In this document: positions 1-9,065 of the stretch, in pieces
Numbering within the stretch: position 1 is the stretch's first letter
Layout of the letters: each line of letters opens with the position of its first letter
From: Candidatus Methanophagaceae archaeon GoMg2
GTDB taxonomy: Archaea > Halobacteriota > Syntropharchaeia > Alkanophagales > Methanospirareceae
Direction of reading: 5' to 3'
Assembly (NCBI GenBank): GCA_013180585.1
Contig: QBUM01000251.1
Coordinates: forward strand, 1 to 54,525
DNA length: 54,525 nucleotides
The notes under the pieces: generated by a model
Database searches by the model: none
Told to the model about the DNA's origin: nothing
The model's input: only the letters and a program-made list of their open reading frames with translations
Made by a program: the position numbers and the translations under genes

Positions 1-58
1 AAAAAAGACATCTAAAACCATCACACAAAAACATATTCCTAAAAATGGTCGAAGTTAC

Positions 59-178
59 GGATTAACACAAGAAGATGGTACGTGACGCAGGATATCGGTT
101 AGTTTTGCATTTTATACCTTACAGCGTCATATTTTATCGTGAAAATCTGCGAAATCTTGTGGTTAGCTAAACAATTAC
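59..178 (+). mobile_element. MITE-like palindromic repeat, copy A (left end missing or diverged)
   Basis: GATTAACACAAGAA...GTGAAAATCTGCGAAATCTTGTGGTTAGCTAAACAATTAC matches the right arm of the copies at 14655, 18716 and 35134. Confidence 0.75.
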
Positions 179-189
179 CTTTTTGTATT

Positions 190-1320
190 TTATTCTGTCA
201 CCGAATGCTGCACCCGCAACCATTCCAAAATATACTCGGGTAGCATGAATCCCCTTTGATACAGCCTTTCGACTAAATGCAATGGAAGTGGGCTAAGAGC
301 AAACGCTGCACGCTCGTAGAACGTGTCAGGTGTGCTCTCTATGGTGAAACTATCTGATTTTTTCGATAGGGTAGATTCCCTGCCCACGATAGAATAAACA
401 TGCCCTCCAAATTTCTTCTGCTCCTTGCACCAGCCCAAAAGGGGTTCGGTCTCTCCCGACAACGAAATCAGAAATAAAATATCACCAGCACGTGGTCTTG
501 GTGCAAAAGTCCCGGATAAATAAGCCTCATCGCCAAGCGCTCTCTTAACATGCTGCAAACGTATCGCCGCCATCTTCGCAACGTGCCTCGCAGGTCCCAC
601 CCCGCCCATAGTTATTCGACTTCTCGTCTCCAGATTGTCAATTGCATCTTCGTAAATATCAGAACTGATAAACTTATTCACAATCTTGCCGACGACCTTT
701 GATTCCGTCTCTATCTTCCTAAATACGATTTTATAATCTTTATTTCCGTTTATTGCTTCCTTCATTTTCTGAAATAGCAATAGAGAACCTAATTCATAGA
801 CATCGTTCATTATGCCGTGTTTGAGAAAGCCATTAGTGGTCTCAGATTTTGTATCACGCCCTGTCAGTTCGACTACGTGACCATAATCTCGCTCTCCTAT
901 CTGTCCTATCGAGGATTTCGTGTTCGATACAAGAGCGTTTATAGTGAATTTATCGCTCTTCGTACGCTCGATATAATCCGCAAGTTGTCTAACCATTATT
1001 TTAGGAGTTGAGGTCTCGCCACTGCCGGAATTGACGAGCAGTGCTATCTTATCGTACTTCTTCTCCAAGACCGGCGCTGCATCCCGTATGTTGCTACCCG
1101 GAAAATCAATGTCAACCACCGTTCTCACATCCTTATCCATTTGCCCTAGCCCTATATACAATGCGCTTTGTGACCTTCCCTCCCCAGCGAGAATGATACA
1201 GTCTGCTTCGTGGAGGGCATTGTAAAAGGGCTTAAGCTCCCTCCTCTTAATATTACGGACGTTTCTTATAACGCCATTGATATACCGGGTCCCTCCTGTG
1301 ACTATATTACTTCGTGCCAT
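190..1320 (-). CDS. Tandem double-SIS-domain protein, 6-phospho-3-hexuloisomerase (Phi/HxlB)-like
   Basis: Two SIS-like halves: LAGEGRS...NSGSGETS and MGGVGPA...ISLSGETE; 376 aa, about twice a normal Phi. Confidence 0.65.
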   Translation of the reverse strand: MARSNIVTGGTRYINGVIRNVRNIKRRELKPFYNALHEADCIILAGEGRSQSALYIGLGQMDKDVRTVVDIDFPGSNIRDAAPVLEKKYDKIALLVNSGSGETSTPKIMVRQLADYIERTKSDKFTINALVSNTKSSIGQIGERDYGHVVELTGRDTKSETTNGFLKHGIMNDVYELGSLLLFQKMKEAINGNKDYKIVFRKIETESKVVGKIVNKFISSDIYEDAIDNLETRSRITMGGVGPARHVAKMAAIRLQHVKRALGDEAYLSGTFAPRPRAGDILFLISLSGETEPLLGWCKEQKKFGGHVYSIVGRESTLSKKSDSFTIESTPDTFYERAAFALSPLPLHLVERLYQRGFMLPEYILEWLRVQHSVTE

Positions 1321-1561
1321 AAGCTACGCGAACAAAGAACGACACCGACAACCTTGCTTTCGAAAAGAAAGCGTAACCAAAGATTTATTATTTCCCATCC
1401 CTTCTCGTCTTTCACCCCCTCTTCTTTCAGTGAAGATTTTTAGTGGAATGCTAAGTTAAACCTTTCGCTTTTAACGTCAATGTGAACAACCAAAAACGTT
1501 ATAAGGTGAAAAAACAGGCAAGGGAACCGGTTTTTCGTTATGAAAGGGGCATTAGATGTGT

Positions 1562-3037
1562 TCAATATGCCCTTGCAACATATACCCTTCTGGCTTTGCT
1601 CGAACAAATAATGCATTTGCCTTCGCTTTTCTCTTGCACTTCATATATTGGCTCGCCTAACACACTCGCTTCAAGACGTTCCTCTAAATCCTTACCGCAT
1701 CTTTCGCTATCACACAGGAATAAAGAAACGATGCCTTGTTCTACCTTCTTTTTCAGCGTTATCATCTCCTCCTCGCTTCCTGCATCGTTACCTTTACTTT
1801 CATAAATATTGGCGAATAAAGTCTTGGATGCTCGTTCTTGGATACAAGACTGGATTTCTTCCAGTGTTCTCTTCGCTTCTTGTGTGACATCGCGAAGAGG
1901 AACTTGCGCCTTATTGGAGTCATCTCTTCTTACGAATACACAGCTATTGTTTCTCAAATCACGAGGGCCTATCTCTATCCTCAAGGGTACACCTTTCATC
2001 TCCCACCGGTAATACTTTGCACCCGGCCTTTCTTCAGAATCATCCAAAAGCGCTCTTATTCCTGCCTTTTCCAATTCTTCATAGACTGCAGCACAAGCCT
2101 TGTTTACTTCGCCGCCCCCTTCCTGACTCGAAAATACAATAGGCACGATAACGACCTGAATGGGCGCGACTTTCGGGGGTAGCACCAAACCATGCTCATC
2201 ACCGTGAATAGAAATCACGGAGGCAACGCACCTTTCCGAGATGCCATAGCAGGTCTGATTCACGTACTGTAACGAGCCATCTTTATCCTCATATTTTATA
2301 TCAAAAGTTCTCGCAAAGCTCTCGCCAAGTAGGTGAATAGTCCCGATTTGCATCGTCCTACCATCAGGCATGAGTGTATCAAAGGCAAGCGTATAGTCAG
2401 CACCGGGGAATTTGTCCCATGCCGGTCTTCTCGTGATTATATAGGGTACGTCAAGCAGGTCAAAGAAGTTTTGGTATATTGCCATAGCAGTTCTTACCTG
2501 CTCCTCGGCATCCGTACGATTTGCATGTGCCGTATGCGCCTCTTTAAACGAGGTTATCTCACGCAGGCGAATGAGCGGTCTTGTATGCTTCGTTTCGTAT
2601 CGAAAGGTATTTACAATCTGGTATATCCGAAGAGGCAGGTCGCGATGCGATCTTATCCAGACTTTAAATACGGGGTATATCGCGGTCTCTGAAGTGGGGC
2701 GTAAAGCAAGAGGAATATCCAGGTCTGTGCAGCCCCCCTTTGTCACCCAGAAAACTTCCGCCTCAAACCCTTTTATGTGCTGCTCCTCCTTCATCAACTC
2801 GTCTTTCGGTATCAACATGGGGAACAGCACCTCTTCGTGCTCCTTATCCATAAGAGACCTTAAAATCGTGTAGATAATATTCCTCAGTCTGAATCCATAC
2901 GGGTACCATACATATACTCCTTTTACAGGATACCTGATGTCTAATATCTCGGCACGCTTCAGTATCTCGCTATACCACTCGCTGAAGTTGCCTTCCTTCG
3001 GTAAGGTGGTCTTGCTTTCTGTTTTGGTCTGCATCAT
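1562..3037 (-). CDS. proS: Prolyl-tRNA synthetase, archaeal/eukaryotic type
   Basis: LRPTSET, FRYETKHTRPLIRLRE, QTCYGISER motifs; C-terminal Zn domain ending VYVARAY. Confidence 0.97.
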   Translation of the reverse strand: MMQTKTESKTTLPKEGNFSEWYSEILKRAEILDIRYPVKGVYVWYPYGFRLRNIIYTILRSLMDKEHEEVLFPMLIPKDELMKEEQHIKGFEAEVFWVTKGGCTDLDIPLALRPTSETAIYPVFKVWIRSHRDLPLRIYQIVNTFRYETKHTRPLIRLREITSFKEAHTAHANRTDAEEQVRTAMAIYQNFFDLLDVPYIITRRPAWDKFPGADYTLAFDTLMPDGRTMQIGTIHLLGESFARTFDIKYEDKDGSLQYVNQTCYGISERCVASVISIHGDEHGLVLPPKVAPIQVVIVPIVFSSQEGGGEVNKACAAVYEELEKAGIRALLDDSEERPGAKYYRWEMKGVPLRIEIGPRDLRNNSCVFVRRDDSNKAQVPLRDVTQEAKRTLEEIQSCIQERASKTLFANIYESKGNDAGSEEEMITLKKKVEQGIVSLFLCDSERCGKDLEERLEASVLGEPIYEVQEKSEGKCIICSSKARRVYVARAY

Positions 3038-3040
3038 CAA

Positions 3041-3112
3041 AGCCGCTGGTGGGATTTGAACCCACGATCTGCTGATTACGAATCAGCCGCTTTACCCCTA
3101 AGCCACAGCGGC
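3041..3112 (-). tRNA. tRNA-Thr(CGT)
   Basis: Reverse complement GCCGCTG...CTGATT-CGT-AATCAG...GGTTCAAATCC...CAGCGGC-T folds as a cloverleaf; no intron, CCA not encoded. Confidence 0.95.
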
Positions 3113-3184
3113 CTATACTGATGTCTATTTGGGGATATTAATACTTAAGCATTTGTAGAAAAACAGAAAACATGGTGACCTGTT

Positions 3185-3200
3185 GTCAACACATGTTGAC
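3185..3200. promoter_or_regulatory. Perfect 7-2-7 inverted repeat GTCAACA-CA-TGTTGAC, candidate transcription-factor site
   Basis: Lies between divergent tRNA-Thr and UPF0058 genes, just upstream of TATA-like TTTAAATA (~3213). Confidence 0.35.
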
Positions 3201-3246
3201 GCTACATAAACATTTAAATAGGTATAATGTATAGGTATATGTAACC

Positions 3247-3474
3247 ATGAAAAAAGAAGAGTTGGTACATCTACATTTGTTATTGGCTCAATTAAAGAAG
3301 TATTGTGAGGAAAACGAGTTGTCTTGTAATTTCGCGAAGTACAATGAGTTGGGCATTTCCCCTTTTCAGGTGCATCGAAGTAAAGAAGAGCACAAACAAG
3401 CTGTTTTCGTTCTCGGCACCGAGCTTGCGTCGTTAATGGTGAGGTCAAACAACCATTTGGTGTCAACCAGATAG
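3247..3474 (+). CDS. UPF0058 family small metal-binding protein
   Basis: MKKEELVHLH...ISPFQVHRSKEEHKQAVFVLG signature. Confidence 0.85.
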   Translation: MKKEELVHLHLLLAQLKKYCEENELSCNFAKYNELGISPFQVHRSKEEHKQAVFVLGTELASLMVRSNNHLVSTR

Positions 3475-3623
3475 ATATCAGCAGGGGAGACAAAAGAGGA
3501 AGCTTTTTTCCTTAGTACAGCTCTTATTGTAGCTTGGTTCATGTATGTAGCAAAAACCGAAATCGCTGTTGCGTTTTGTGTTGGCAATGATAGGATAAAT
3601 ATAACTATTTAGAGAACGGAGAC

Positions 3624-4340
3624 CTACTTGTAGCGAAGAGATCGAATGGACTGATATGCTTCTACTATCTCTTTCCCTTCAATGAAAACGGTGTCTCGCT
3701 CTGATGCAAAGGTTATTGCATCTGCCTTTGAGAGTGCAGCTCCAGATTCGGTGTCCAGCATTTCACAGATTACCATTGCAGGAGATATGCCCGCAAGCAA
3801 CGCCAGAACTACGGAAAGCTCTGTCTGACCTCTTCTTTCATCAAGCAGACCATCTGCAGCTTTCAATATTGAGACATGCCCCGGTGTTCGGAATTCCGTG
3901 TGAAAATCGCAGAATTTACCGTTCAGTACATTCTCCACCGCTTCTCCAGTCTTCTTTATCGTTAAAGCTCTGTCCATATCTGTTATCCCCGTGAAGGTGT
4001 CTCGATGATTCACCCAGAGGGAAAAGGAAGAGCGTTTATCATATGAAAGGTCGCCCTTTTCTTCCACCATTCTTCTTAGAGGAAAGAACTCTCCAGTCGC
4101 ATTTCTCAAAATATCACTTATCAGTGGTAGCCCAAGCTTATCAGCCGCAAGGGGATGAATAGCAACGCATATAAGCCCTCCTCCTTCATTTCTATAATAA
4201 GCAATGTCTTTGGGCGTCACTGCAGAAGCGTGCATTACAAAGTCAGTCTCGCCTTCTCTATCCGCTGCATCGTATATTAATACGATTTTACCCCTTTTTA
4301 CGTATTCTATACCCTGTTCTACCGACTCTGGAATCTTCAT
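3624..4340 (-). CDS. ribB: 3,4-dihydroxy-2-butanone-4-phosphate synthase
   Basis: DAADREGETD, TGITDMDRALT, FRTPGHV, GQTELSV, ICEMLD motifs. Confidence 0.95.
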   Translation of the reverse strand: MKIPESVEQGIEYVKRGKIVLIYDAADREGETDFVMHASAVTPKDIAYYRNEGGGLICVAIHPLAADKLGLPLISDILRNATGEFFPLRRMVEEKGDLSYDKRSSFSLWVNHRDTFTGITDMDRALTIKKTGEAVENVLNGKFCDFHTEFRTPGHVSILKAADGLLDERRGQTELSVVLALLAGISPAMVICEMLDTESGAALSKADAITFASERDTVFIEGKEIVEAYQSIRSLRYK

Positions 4341-5017
4341 ATCGCCACCTTCGTCTTTATCTCATCCCCGTCAATTAATTTGAGTTCACATCTCAGGAAA
4401 ATAGGTGATATTATCTCCAAGACATCTTCTGGATAATGCGTGCGGTCGGGAATGATAACCGCGCTTTTGATCCCTTCCGCTTGGCCACTCAATATCTTAC
4501 ACGGGAAGCACTTGCCACCGCCAAATGTTCTATCTGCGGCTTCAAAACTTTCTATTTTCACGCCTCTTTGCCCATCCAGCTTCTTCCTCGTTTCTATACT
4601 CTGTGAGTCCAGCCGTAGATTTAAGGTACCAGGAAAAGGATTAAAGCCCAACTTAGACGCGAATTGTTTCTTATAGCCCATAAGAGTCGTATAATATTGC
4701 CCTTCTCCAAGACCTGTAATCAAGCGACCCGTGATTTCCACCTCGGCGATAGGCGAGGAAAAAAATATCTCCTGATATTCATAGCATTCACTCCTCAGTC
4801 GTTCTATTCCGTTGTTCGTCAGTATTATCCACTGACCATCCGCGATTATTCTTCTATGCACAAGTCCCGCTCTATCAAGCTCTTGGAGTCGCCTCGCAGC
4901 GGTCTGTACACTCGATTTAATCGCCCCTGCGAACTGCCCGGAAGATAACTTAATTGGTTGTGCAATCGCACCTAACAAAGCGAGCTTTTTTAACGAAACT
5001 ATTATGTCCCCAGTCAT
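4337..5017 (-). CDS. ribK: CTP-dependent riboflavin kinase with N-terminal wHTH (RbkR type)
   Basis: N-terminal HTH (SVQTAARRLQEL), GLGEGQYY, PFPGTLN, PDRTHY; 4-bp overlap with ribB. Confidence 0.93.
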   Translation of the reverse strand: MTGDIIVSLKKLALLGAIAQPIKLSSGQFAGAIKSSVQTAARRLQELDRAGLVHRRIIADGQWIILTNNGIERLRSECYEYQEIFFSSPIAEVEITGRLITGLGEGQYYTTLMGYKKQFASKLGFNPFPGTLNLRLDSQSIETRKKLDGQRGVKIESFEAADRTFGGGKCFPCKILSGQAEGIKSAVIIPDRTHYPEDVLEIISPIFLRCELKLIDGDEIKTKVAI

Positions 5018-5037
5018 ATTTACTCTTCACCTCTACA

Positions 5038-5053
5038 ACATCAATTTTGAGAT
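5038..5053. promoter_or_regulatory. Candidate RbkR autoregulatory operator (imperfect palindrome ACATCAATTTTGAGAT)
   Basis: Sits between the TATA box (~5078-5086, minus strand) and the GAGGTGA RBS of ribK; RbkR proteins are known to regulate rib operons. Confidence 0.35.
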
Positions 5054-5096
5054 ACACCTCATACATAGGAAAGATGAATATAAAAAGGTTGAGTAT

Positions 5097-5855
5097 TCAC
5101 TCTCGTTTTAAACTCAACCCGGCAAGAAAACCGAATAGAATGCCGGATAGATGTGCTATATGTGCTATCCCGTCTGGAGAACCCATTAGAACCGGTAATA
5201 CGTCAAAGAATAGTGGTAAAAGAAAAACTACCATCCATATCTCCAGCGGTATAAAAAAGAATAGATAAACTCGCAGCTTGGGCATCAGCACCGCAAGCGT
5301 AGCCAATATCCCGTATATTGCGCCACTTGCTCCCACTATGGGAACAACAGAGGCTAAACACCAGCCAAGCCCTGCAAAAATGCCAGAAAGGAAAAATATG
5401 AGTAGAAATTTGGTACTTCCTACTTTACGCTCTAACACCGGAGCGAAGAAGACAAATACGAGCATATTGAAAATGAAGTGTTCGAAGCCGCCATGAAGGA
5501 AGATATGCGTTATCAACGTCCAGGGCCTTTCTATTAGATCTGGCGGATATAATATAAAAAACTTAGTATAACCCGGAATGAGCAATTGCAAAAAGAAAGA
5601 GAGAGAAATGATGAACAAGATCAAATAGGAATAATTATGAGAGAAAAGGCTGAAGATGTTAGCATCAATGTTCTTTAGCCGCTCCACTGTAGGCATCGCG
5701 GTGGGTCGTCCCTTCTCAAGGTCGCTTTTATATTTTTCTGATCCAACGCACCAGTGCATTCCTGGTGGAAGATGCTCCTTGCAAAGGGTATCCCCGCAGT
5801 AGTTGCATCTATACAATGCTTGTTTGCCGCAGATTGTGCATCGTGCACGTGTCAT
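5097..5855 (-). CDS. Rhomboid intramembrane serine protease with N-terminal AN1-type Zn finger
   Basis: CxxC..CxxC..CxxH..HxC N-terminus; HFIFNM, GASGAIYG, AHIAHLSG; start placed at MTRARC. Confidence 0.9.
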   Translation of the reverse strand: MTRARCTICGKQALYRCNYCGDTLCKEHLPPGMHWCVGSEKYKSDLEKGRPTAMPTVERLKNIDANIFSLFSHNYSYLILFIISLSFFLQLLIPGYTKFFILYPPDLIERPWTLITHIFLHGGFEHFIFNMLVFVFFAPVLERKVGSTKFLLIFFLSGIFAGLGWCLASVVPIVGASGAIYGILATLAVLMPKLRVYLFFFIPLEIWMVVFLLPLFFDVLPVLMGSPDGIAHIAHLSGILFGFLAGLSLKRE

Positions 5856-5955
5856 GTAAGTGAAAGGAGAAGATACAAACTTAAAGGTTATAGGTGCCCT
5901 CGCATCCGGAAGTGGCTTAAAGCATATTCCATCAGGCACTCATGTTTCTCATTCC

Positions 5956-7185
5956 TCAAATGTTTTGAACTTCCCCCAATAAGTATGTGCTTCTCACTTC
6001 CTTCACCCACACCGTACAAGAGGTACCAAGGGGCAAATCCTTTTTTATTACTGTCGTGCGGTACGATGAGTCCCGGGCTATCACGCCTCCTTTCTTACCC
6101 TTCCCTGTTACTAAAACAGGAATAGCCTTGCCTTCCAATTCCTTGTTCGTTGCGAGAGCAAGCTTGTGATACGCGGCGGAGATCATTCTCGACCGCCTTT
6201 TTTTCTCGCGCTCCAGCAAATCCTTCTGCTTTGATGCTTCCGTCATGGGCCGTGGCGAGAACCGAGTTATATTCACTTTTTCCGGCTTCAGTTCTTCCAA
6301 TAGGTTCAGCGAGGAAATGAAATCGCTTTCCGTCTCGGTAGGGAATCCAATGATAAAATCGGTGGATATCGTGCTGTATTCGAATCTGGCCCTTATACTC
6401 TTTACTATCTCGAAGAAATCGGCAATTTTGTAATTCCTTCTCATATCACTCAGCACCCGGTCAGAGCCAGATTGCACAGGCACATGGAAGAATTTGAAGA
6501 TTTTTTCGGACTCAAAAGCATCCAGAAGGTCATCTAATACAGGAAGCAGAGTAAACGGGTTCATCATGCCCACTCTCACACGGAAATCGCCACGCACGGA
6601 TGTTACCATCTTTAGCAATTCGGGAAGCTTTGTACCAGAGCGGTCGAAGCCGTATGCACTGCAGTCCTGTGCAGTAATTCTTATCTCTTTTGCACCTCTG
6701 TTCACAGCACTTTTTACGGATTCGCATATCTTTTCGTGTTCGTAGCTTTTTAGTTCTCCTCTCGCTCGTTTCACGATACAATAAGAGCAGTTTCCGACAC
6801 AGCCCATTGATATGGGAATTATACCAATCAAGCCATCAAGATCAAACTCTTGCTCATTACTGCGGCAAATATCATCAGGGGTTATCATTGTTACATCATT
6901 GCCCAGAGTGCTTCTTACAAGGTCAGGCTGTGCCGCAGCCATACAACCCGCTACGATCACCTCTTTTCCCTGCTGTTTCAACTCATTCAGCCGCTTCAGC
7001 ACATTTAATTCCGTTCTCTTCGTTACGGTGCAGGTATTCACGATAACAACATCGGCTTCGTTTTCTTCTACTATCTTATGACCCGATTTTCTTAAAATCG
7101 CACGCATCTTCATCGTGTCACCCGCATTTGCGGTGCAGCCGAAAGTTTCTATAAAAGTTTTTGTTCCCGGTGTGAGTAGGTTCAT
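5956..7185 (-). CDS. tRNA t6A37 methylthiotransferase (MiaB-like radical SAM, e-MtaB/CDKAL1 type)
   Basis: ETFGCTAN, NTCTV, AGCMA, GCVGNCSYC, RVGMMNP, C-terminal TRAM. Confidence 0.9.
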   Translation of the reverse strand: MNLLTPGTKTFIETFGCTANAGDTMKMRAILRKSGHKIVEENEADVVIVNTCTVTKRTELNVLKRLNELKQQGKEVIVAGCMAAAQPDLVRSTLGNDVTMITPDDICRSNEQEFDLDGLIGIIPISMGCVGNCSYCIVKRARGELKSYEHEKICESVKSAVNRGAKEIRITAQDCSAYGFDRSGTKLPELLKMVTSVRGDFRVRVGMMNPFTLLPVLDDLLDAFESEKIFKFFHVPVQSGSDRVLSDMRRNYKIADFFEIVKSIRARFEYSTISTDFIIGFPTETESDFISSLNLLEELKPEKVNITRFSPRPMTEASKQKDLLEREKKRRSRMISAAYHKLALATNKELEGKAIPVLVTGKGKKGGVIARDSSYRTTVIKKDLPLGTSCTVWVKEVRSTYLLGEVQNI

Positions 7186-7270
7186 TTTTGATAAAGTTAT
7201 TTTAGTTAGAGTTGTATTTGTTATTATTCACGTTGGTGTGATGATAGAAGGAAAGAGGAAATAAGGAAAA

Positions 7271-9037
7271 ATGACGATAAAAGAGGAGTTACCACCCGGT
7301 GAAGTACCGCCGGAGGAAATTCAGGAGACGAATATGCTGGTTTCGGCCAGTTTTTCTGATATGTTCAAGCCGGTTATCGGCCCTTTTGGGTCTAAAGTAT
7401 TGATAACACAGGGAGCAACGAAGATAGAAGCTGCGGACCTTATAACCAGTAACGCGCTTAGCTTGGTGAAAGAACTGAAGTATCAGCATCCTACTGCGGA
7501 TATATTGATAAACGCAGGGTTAACACAGGGAGAAAGAGTGGGGGACGGCATAGCTACGGTTATGATTCTCATAGGCGAGCTGGTGAAGAGAGGGTATGAT
7601 TTGAAGACCGAGGGCGTGCATCAAAGTATGGTAATAAAGGGTTATGATAAGTCGCTTACGGTTGTTAGAGAGGTTTTAGAAGAGATAGCATCGCCAGTGG
7701 ACGTAAGAGGCGAAGGAAGCGATGAGATTTTGAGGGCTGTGGCGAAGACCGCATTAAAGAAGGGTGATTTTGGTGAACAGGATATACTGGTGGATGCGGT
7801 AGTAGAGAGCATAAAGCGGCTAAGCGACAGCGATGAGAATGAGCCAATAGACGTAGATGACGTAGCAATAGAAACGAAGAGTGGGAGCCGAGTACAAGAG
7901 ACGAGCTTTATAGAGGGTGTTGTTATAGACCGAGAAGTGCTGGATGCGCTTCCAACAGAGATAGAGAATGCGCGTGTAGCACTGCTTGATTTCCCGATTG
8001 AACATAAGGAGCCGAAGGTAAAGGGTCGGAAGGAGCTACAGACGGGAACAGGCGCGAGAGAACGAAGTAAAGCAGGAGATACGCTTGGTGCACTCGGTTT
8101 TTACGTGAAATTCTCAAAGGCTTCTCATTTCAGGGAGTTCCGGGAGGCAAGAGCAAAACTCTTTGATGAAGTCGTGGATCCCGTAGTAAACTGTGGTGCA
8201 AACGTGATTTGCTGCCGGTGGGGAGTGGATGACGATGCGCTGGGCAAGTTCCGGGAGGCGGGCATCATGCTGATAAAGCGTGTAAAATTAACGGATTTGA
8301 GGAGGTTGGAGCGGTCTACAGGCGGTAAGATCGTGAAAGACATAAGTGCCTTAAGCGAAGATAAATTTGGGTTTGCAGGAAGAGTGGTGCAGCGAAAGAT
8401 AAGTGGTAATAACTTTGTGTTCATGGAAGACTGTGCACGTAAGAAATCGGCTACGATACTTATAAGAGGTACGACACTCCGCGTTTTGGAGGGGTTGGTA
8501 GGCGAGATAAGAAGCGCTTTGCATGCTGTTGCGCAATTGTATGAGGACGGCAGAGTGGTGCCGGGTGGCGGTGCGGTGGAAGCGGAATGTGCATATCGGC
8601 TGAGGAAGGCAGCAAAGAAGGTTTCGGGCAAGGATCAGTTAGCAATGGAGGTGTTTGCTGACGCGCTTGAGTCTATACCGAAGGCAATAGCAAAGAACTG
8701 TGGAATGGATCATATTGATACAATAACGAAGCTCAGGTCAGAGCATTTCGCAGGCAACAAAAATGCAGGCATATCTGGACAGGCTAAACGCATAAGCGAT
8801 GTGATGTCAGAGGGGATATTAGAGCCGTTGTCGGTGAAGTTACAGGCGTTCATCGCAGCTACCGAAGCGGCATCGGGGATGATGAAGATAGATGATTTGC
8901 ATATTGCGAAGAGTGCGGCACGGGAGGAAGCGGAGGATATTGAAACGCAGATCGCTGGTAGGACACGAGATTTGATAGATACTGAGAGGCAATCGGATGA
9001 GTTCAAGTCGGTTAGAGGTGGTAGGGTGAACTATTAA
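7271..9037 (+). CDS. Divergent group II chaperonin (thermosome/TCP-1) paralogue with degenerate ATPase motifs
   Basis: IGPFG, HPTA, GDGIAT, VVPGGGAVE, FADALESIP, EPLSVK..KIDD align with Cpn60/TCP-1; catalytic residues altered. Confidence 0.88.
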   Translation: MTIKEELPPGEVPPEEIQETNMLVSASFSDMFKPVIGPFGSKVLITQGATKIEAADLITSNALSLVKELKYQHPTADILINAGLTQGERVGDGIATVMILIGELVKRGYDLKTEGVHQSMVIKGYDKSLTVVREVLEEIASPVDVRGEGSDEILRAVAKTALKKGDFGEQDILVDAVVESIKRLSDSDENEPIDVDDVAIETKSGSRVQETSFIEGVVIDREVLDALPTEIENARVALLDFPIEHKEPKVKGRKELQTGTGARERSKAGDTLGALGFYVKFSKASHFREFREARAKLFDEVVDPVVNCGANVICCRWGVDDDALGKFREAGIMLIKRVKLTDLRRLERSTGGKIVKDISALSEDKFGFAGRVVQRKISGNNFVFMEDCARKKSATILIRGTTLRVLEGLVGEIRSALHAVAQLYEDGRVVPGGGAVEAECAYRLRKAAKKVSGKDQLAMEVFADALESIPKAIAKNCGMDHIDTITKLRSEHFAGNKNAGISGQAKRISDVMSEGILEPLSVKLQAFIAATEAASGMMKIDDLHIAKSAAREEAEDIETQIAGRTRDLIDTERQSDEFKSVRGGRVNY

Positions 9038-9065
9038 CGGCTATTCTTAAAACTTACTACAGCAG

